Under the pieces are notes generated by a model. It had not been told where the DNA came from. It worked only from the letters and a program-made list of their open reading frames with translations, and searched no databases. Below, one piece after another: positions 58,452-64,000 of a stretch of 64,000 bases of DNA. The stretch lies in NCBI GenBank assembly GCA_964016885.1, contig OZ024748.1, forward strand, positions 38,688,001 through 38,752,000, given 5' to 3'. Numbering within the stretch: the stretch's first letter is position 1; every line of letters begins with the position of its first letter. This DNA is from Eledone cirrhosa. Lineage: Eukaryota. Both the position numbers and the translations under genes were made by a program.

Positions 58452-58945
58452 ACGTACTGTTGCAGCTACACACACACACATACACACACACACACGTACT
58501 GTTGCAGCTACACACACACACACCCACACACACACACACGTACTGTTGCAGCTACACACCCACACACACACACACGGACTGTTGCAGCTACACACACACA
58601 CACATACACACACACACGTACTGTTGCAGCTACACACACATACACACACACACACAGACACGTACTGTTGCAGCTACACACACACACATACACACACACA
58701 CGTACTGTTGCAGCTACACACACATACACACACACACACAGGTACTGTTGCAGCTACACACACACATACACACACACGTACTGTTGCAGCTATACACACA
58801 CACACACACACGTACTGTTGCAGCTATACACACACAACCACATACGTACTGTTGCAGCTATACACACACAAACACATACGTACTGTTGCAGCTATACACA
58901 CACACACACACACATACACACACACACACGTACTGTTGCAGCTAT
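58452..58945. repeat. CGTACTGTTGCAGCTA core repeated about 13 times with variable (CA)n spacers
   Basis: Direct reading. Confidence 0.93.
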
Positions 58946-59019
58946 ATACACACATACATACACACACACATACACACACACATACACACCTCAAATCAGT
59001 CTTCTCTCAATGTTTTTAA

Positions 59020-59160
59020 CATAGTCACACGTCCTGTAATTTTAGGGAGGGGAAAGTCAATTAAATCGACCTCAGTATATTACTGGTACTCGAACCTATA
59101 TTCCTGTCGATTCCGTAAGGATGAAAGGCAAAGTTAACCTGGACGGAATTTGAACAGAGA
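59020..59160 (-). mobile_element. Diverged SINE fragment
   Basis: TACTGGTAC...GTAAGGATGAAAGGCAAAGTTAACCTGGACGGAATTTGAAC matches the SINE family. Confidence 0.7.
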
Positions 59161-59620
59161 ATCTAGAAGCTTCTAACGTTTTCTCAATCTAACCTTTCTA
59201 TCCAACATGGCGTCTAACTGTTGTACAATACCCCATCCAAGCTGTCGTATATATACTGCACACATACTAACTCAGCTCAAACTTCCCTCAAACTATTTCT
59301 CTCTATCCTACATTAATCTTATACGCTTACACATATAGACAGACTACTGGTCAGTATACTATACACACGTATACACACACATACACACACACATACACAC
59401 ACACTGCAGCAATACACAGCACACACATTTCTGCACATGAAGTCAGCCTTCCATTATAAACAACCTGTCTAAACACATGCACCTAAAACGTAAAGGTCAC
59501 TGTTGCATACTCACACACATACACACACACATACTCACACAAGGAATCTATACACTGCATTCAGTAGCTGCACAAATATTGCACACACAGCACACCACGC
59601 TCCACACTCATATATATATA

Positions 59621-59720
59621 TCATCATCATCATCATCATCATTTTACGTCCGCTTTTCCCTGCTTGCAAGGGTGGGACGAGTCCTATTCAGCACAGCATC
59701 TCTCCACTTGTCTATTGCTA
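59621..59720 (-). mobile_element. LINE/SINE 3' end with (ATG)n tail
   Basis: Minus strand CGTCCCACCCTTGCAAGCAGGGAAAAGCGGACGTAAAATGATGATG has a terminal stem-loop followed by a simple-repeat tail. Confidence 0.6.
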
Positions 59721-60169
59721 TTTAGCTGGCATAGTTCCCACTTTCGACAACAGGTGTCAGTAGTGTCTTGAATGTTTGTTTCATACTGAAAGAAGATGGC
59801 GACAGTGGAATAATTAAAGTTCAGTAAAAAATCTTCAATGACGTCATTAAACAGCCTCGATCTGGTATTTCCACAATGGCGGCGCCGTCGTCTTAGATTT
59901 ATATATATTTATATATTTATATATAATTATATATTTATATAAAAAAGAAAATTTCATATATTTATATAAATTAGATGTTTATTTGTTCTTTTGATGTTTT
60001 GATTTCTTTTGAAGGCGAAGGAAAATGTGTTGAAAGAATGATTAATGGAGATGAAGAGATATTGGTTAAAAGATATAATTGATAAGAGATAACGGAGAGA
60101 GAGGGGGAGAGAGAAAGAGGGGATGTGAGAGATAGAGGGGTAGGGAGGAAGGGGGATGTGAGAGGGGGA

Positions 60170-60217
<48 letters not shown>

Positions 60218-60375
60218 GAGTGTTGAGGGGTTAGAGAAAGTGAGATATAGAGATAGAGATGTAAATATATTCATACGTACATCTAATATACATATGTATG
60301 CATATTTACCATACAATCATACTTTCATATGTCTATGGAAGTATGTATGTATATATATATATTTCTTTTAATTAT

Positions 60376-60432
60376 TATTTTTTTTTTCGTGCAATGGCCA
60401 TACTCGATAACGAGGGGCAGCCATCATGTATG
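60376..60432 (+). mobile_element. RTE 3'-end fragment, matching 44084-44138 in opposite orientation
   Basis: TTTTTCGTGCAATGGCCATACTCGATAACGAGGGGCAGCCATCATGTATG. Confidence 0.8.
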
Positions 60433-60647
60433 TGTGTGTGTATATGTGTGTGCATATGTGAGTGTATATGAGTGTATATATGTGTGTGTATATGTGTGTG
60501 TATATGTGTGTATATATGTATATATGTGTGTATATATGTATATGTGTGTGTATTGTGTGTGTATATGTATGTGTATATATGTGTGTGTATATATATATAT
60601 ATAATTGGTAAAAGGACATTAAGAAAATCTGGTTCGTAGAATCAAGA

Positions 60648-60739
60648 CGTATCTGAGGACCTTGCGATTTTCAGAGTCAGGTTCGATCATCACATCGATC
60701 GTGCCTCAAGCTGGTCGCCAGAGAAACGATTGTAATATG
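60648..60739 (+). ncRNA. Type-I hammerhead ribozyme with extended stem II (copy of 20876-20967), inside the 60608-60787 repeat
   Basis: CGTAT-CTGAGGA-cCTTGCGA...TCGCCAGa-GAA-ACGATTGT-A^ATATG. It differs from the other copy at the free core position N7. Confidence 0.65.
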
Positions 60740-60815
60740 TCCAATAAATTCCATTCGTCGCAACACTGATTCTCTTTTGTTCTGTGATATATATATATAT
60801 ATATACATATATATA

Positions 60816-60892
<77 letters not shown>

Positions 60893-61036
60893 CCAAATGT
60901 TAAACAAAATTCATTGATTATTCAATGAATACAGTTTTACAATAGATTAAAAGCACTCAACGGGGACATTTTCTGGAGTTATTAATATTATTCAAAATAT
61001 TAATAAATGGATACATTCACTTAATCAAAATATATG

Positions 61037-61098
61037 TTTTATTATATATATTTCGGAGGTACTGTGCTGTTTTTTCAGTACGTCCTCATCAGATAAAA
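61037..61098 (-). ncRNA. Type-I hammerhead ribozyme
   Basis: Minus strand reads TTTTAT-CTGATGA-GGAcGTACTG aaaaaacagca CAGTACcTCC-GAA-ATATATAT-A^ATAAAA. Confidence 0.8.
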
Positions 61099-61196
61099 TA
61101 CATAAATTAATGCATGACATACCTCAACTGTGCTGATGGTTCACTGCCAAGACTGAAATTGAACCATCAGCACAGTTGAGGTATGTCATGCATCAA

Positions 61197-61258
61197 TTTT
61201 ATCTGATGAGGACGTACTGAAAAAACAGCACAGTAGCTCCGAAATATATATAATAAAA
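61197..61258 (+). ncRNA. Type-I hammerhead ribozyme
   Basis: TTTTAT-CTGATGA-GGAcgTACTG aaaaaacagca CAGTAgcTCC-GAA-ATATATAT-A^ATAAAA. Confidence 0.78.
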
Positions 61259-61302
61259 CATATATTTTGATTAAGTGAATGTATACATTTATTAATATTT
61301 TG

Positions 61303-61350
<48 letters not shown>

Positions 61351-62039
61351 AAAAGGAAAAGATTGACTTCACTTGTAGTGTTAAACAATTTTTGATTTAA
61401 TTTTATAATATTATAATATTATGAGTTTGTAGATCCAGTAAGTTCTTTGTTAACTTCGGTAGGAAGAATTTTAAGGATTCCTGGTTAACTTGGGTTGGAG
61501 AACTTTCTTGCATTCTTCTGCCTGTGGCGATTGTCAAACTCAGATCAGTTTGTGTTGAAATGTGTGACAAAAGTGACGACTGCCTTTCTGCTGACATTTA
61601 ATTCACGAAATATATAGTATATATAGTGTGTGTGTGTGTGCATGTGTATAAATTTAGGTACATAGATACTTTGGTACTTGTAATAATAAATAAACGTAAT
61701 GGCTAAGATGATATTTAGTTACGTAGAAACAAGAATGTTGAAGTATCATTGCATTGAGAAGTATTAATATGTTCAGTAATGTTGGTTCTATATTTATCTC
61801 ATAACAATGGCGGAACCTGCTAGCTAAATCAACACCACTTTGCTATTTTGGATGCGGCAGACATTTTCTTTTTGTTTCCAACTGGAATGTTTCTTTATCT
61901 ACTTTATAGTATTAATAACAATAGAAATGTCGGTAATAATTGCTCACTACTGTGTAGTTTCCTCGTCTAGATTTGTCTTCTTCCTACAATAATTTTGCTA
62001 CCATATTTGTACCTCGCTATACACCGTCGGTGAAATGTC

Positions 62040-62175
62040 AGATATATAGCCTTGCGATATTTCTTCCCGTTTTCTACTGAGTTCAAATCTTGCAGAGACC
62101 AGAGGTCAGCTTTGTCTTTCATCCTTTTCAAGGTCAATGAATTAAATATCACTTCAGTCCTGGGTTCGATTCTTC
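62040..62175 (+). mobile_element. Diverged SINE
   Basis: CTGAGTTCAAATC...GAGGTCAGCTTTGTCTTTCATCCTTTTCAAGGTCAATGAATTAAA. Confidence 0.6.
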
Positions 62176-62202
62176 CTTTATATATCTTCTTCATTTTGTT
62201 AC

Positions 62203-62279
<77 letters not shown>

Positions 62280-62523
62280 GCTCTCACTCTCTCTCATTCT
62301 CTCTCGTGCTCTCTCTCTCTCTCTCTCTCTCTCTCGCTTTCTCTCACTCTCTCTCATGCTCTCTCTCTCTATCTTCCTCTCATGCTATCTCTCTCTATCT
62401 TCCTCTCATGCTATCTCTCTCTATCTTCCTCTCATGCTATCTCTCTCATGCTCTCTCTCTCATGCTCTCTCTCTCATGCTCTCTCTCTCCCCCTCTCGCT
62501 TGCTCTCACTCTCTCTCCCGCAT

Positions 62524-62567
<44 letters not shown>

Positions 62568-63251
62568 GGTCAGACTTAGACAGGTATGTGTACAACCAAA
62601 GGCTATTGTCCGGTAATACAATAAAACTACAAACGACAGAATCTGAAATTTGACATGAAAAGATATTCTCGTTCTTTCATTTAATATAATATACAGTATT
62701 ACAATACAATTATATATACATATATATATACATGTGTGTATCTCCATGCGTGTGTGTGTATATATGTGTGTATGTGTGTATTTATACATGTGTATATATG
62801 TATGTGTGTCTATCTATCTATCTATATCTCCGGCCAACAACTGATTCTTTTTTTCAAATACCACTTTGGAAGAAGAATCAGGATGGAGAGAGCGGTGCTG
62901 TAACCCAGCAAGTTTTATGAAAGGTGGGTGAAAGTGGCGAGAATGGCCCGAGTGGCAAGAATGGCCCTTCTCTCTATATCAGCCTGTAGGTTGAGGAAAA
63001 GGAGGAGAGGAAAGGGGTAAAAACTCTTCGTACTCCTGGAGATGATGGTTGCACATTTTTTCGGGGGTATGTGTTACCCATATGAACTGTCTCCCTCTAT
63101 TGGGGAAATCGATTAATTTTTAAATTACATTTGTGATAGCATTTTACACGCTTTTATTGTATGTAAACTTCCCCCTTTGTATTTGTCACCTTCTTTTGTG
63201 CCCCTGTGGCTAATAAAGAAACGTATCTATCTATCTATCTTTATCTATCTA

Positions 63252-63397
<146 letters not shown>

Positions 63398-63713
63398 CGG
63401 GGGGAGTGCATGTGGGTTGATGGTGGTGGTGTGTGCCAAACTAACGTCTGTACACTAATTTATGGGTCAGAGAAAAAGGTCAAGGTGTCACGGTTGAGAG
63501 AGTGAGACAGTTTTATGTTGTTAGTTCTGAAAATGGGAAAATCTGAAATGGTGTGGGTGAGTGTATGTCAGTGTGGGGGGTGTCTGTCAGTGTGGGGGTG
63601 TCTGTCAGTGTGGGGTGTGTGTCTGGCAGTGTGTCTGTCAGTGGGGAGGGTCTGCCAGTGTAGGGGTGTGTCTGTCAGTCTATCAGTGTGTGGTGGGGGG
63701 TATTAATAATGGC

Positions 63714-63893
63714 TTCTACTTTTTAGCACAAGGCCAGCAATTAACCAGTGTATTACTGGTACTTTATTTTATCGACCCCGTAAGGATGAAAGGAAAGGTT
63801 AACCTCGGCGGGATTTGAACTCAGATCTTAAAGGGACGTAACTCTATATGTCAAAGCATGGCGTCCGACCCTCTACTGACACTGCCAATCCAC
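63714..63893 (-). mobile_element. Octopus-type tRNA-derived SINE, near full length
   Basis: Highly similar to 41374-41560. Confidence 0.85.
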
Positions 63894-64000
63894 TGCAATG
63901 CACATATATTCATGATTGTGTGTAAGTCAATTTATGTGTGTATGTTTATCAGTGTACATATGTTCTCTCTCTCTCTCTCTCTCTCGGCCTCTCTCTCTCT

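Larger units (their letters stand above)
60987..61308. repeat. Long inverted repeat (~150-bp arms, 16-nt loop) carrying two oppositely oriented hammerheads
   Basis: 60987-61143 is the reverse complement of 61160-61308, apart from a few mismatches and one short indel. Confidence 0.95.

Noticed and set aside
58452-58945. CRISPR-like repeat-spacer appearance (also 27936-28700 and 29826-30532)
   Set aside because: Spacers are simple dinucleotide tracts or absent, there are no cas genes, and the context is eukaryotic.
59790-59895. YY1-like AAGATGGCG / AATGGCGGC motifs suggesting a promoter or start codon
   Set aside because: Short motifs with no downstream ORF or splice structure; similar strings occur elsewhere in the window (39195, 61805).

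Overview
Eukaryotic, gene-poor, microsatellite-saturated DNA, most likely from an octopus or other cephalopod. This assignment is inferred from the recurring tRNA-derived SINE 'GAGTTCAAATCCC...CTTTCATCC...GTCGATAAAATAAAGTACCAG' and the repeat landscape. No intact host gene is supportable, and almost all listed ORFs are translations of simple repeats. Tandem repeats: a 9.2-kb 66-bp satellite abutting a decayed Penelope-like (PLE) reverse transcriptase, a 5-kb G-rich ~38-bp minisatellite, a 35-bp minisatellite, and an 8-kb 12-bp array with an internal fold-back inversion. Retroelements: a Hero-type RT relic, several RTE ends, and a (CATA)n-punctuated cluster at 43.75-50.1 kb holding an RTE with three C2H2 fingers, a near full-length decayed R4/Dong-clade element and two non-autonomous RTE derivatives. 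The main hidden signal is 14 hand-folded minimal type-I hammerhead ribozyme (HHR) motifs of several families, most with palindromic stem III. Three carry the compensatory U3-A8 core. Two of these sit in 214-bp direct repeats 593 nt apart (retrozyme/pLTR-like unit), and one HHR pair lies in the arms of a ~320-bp hairpin. All structures were read by eye; none was computed or searched against databases.
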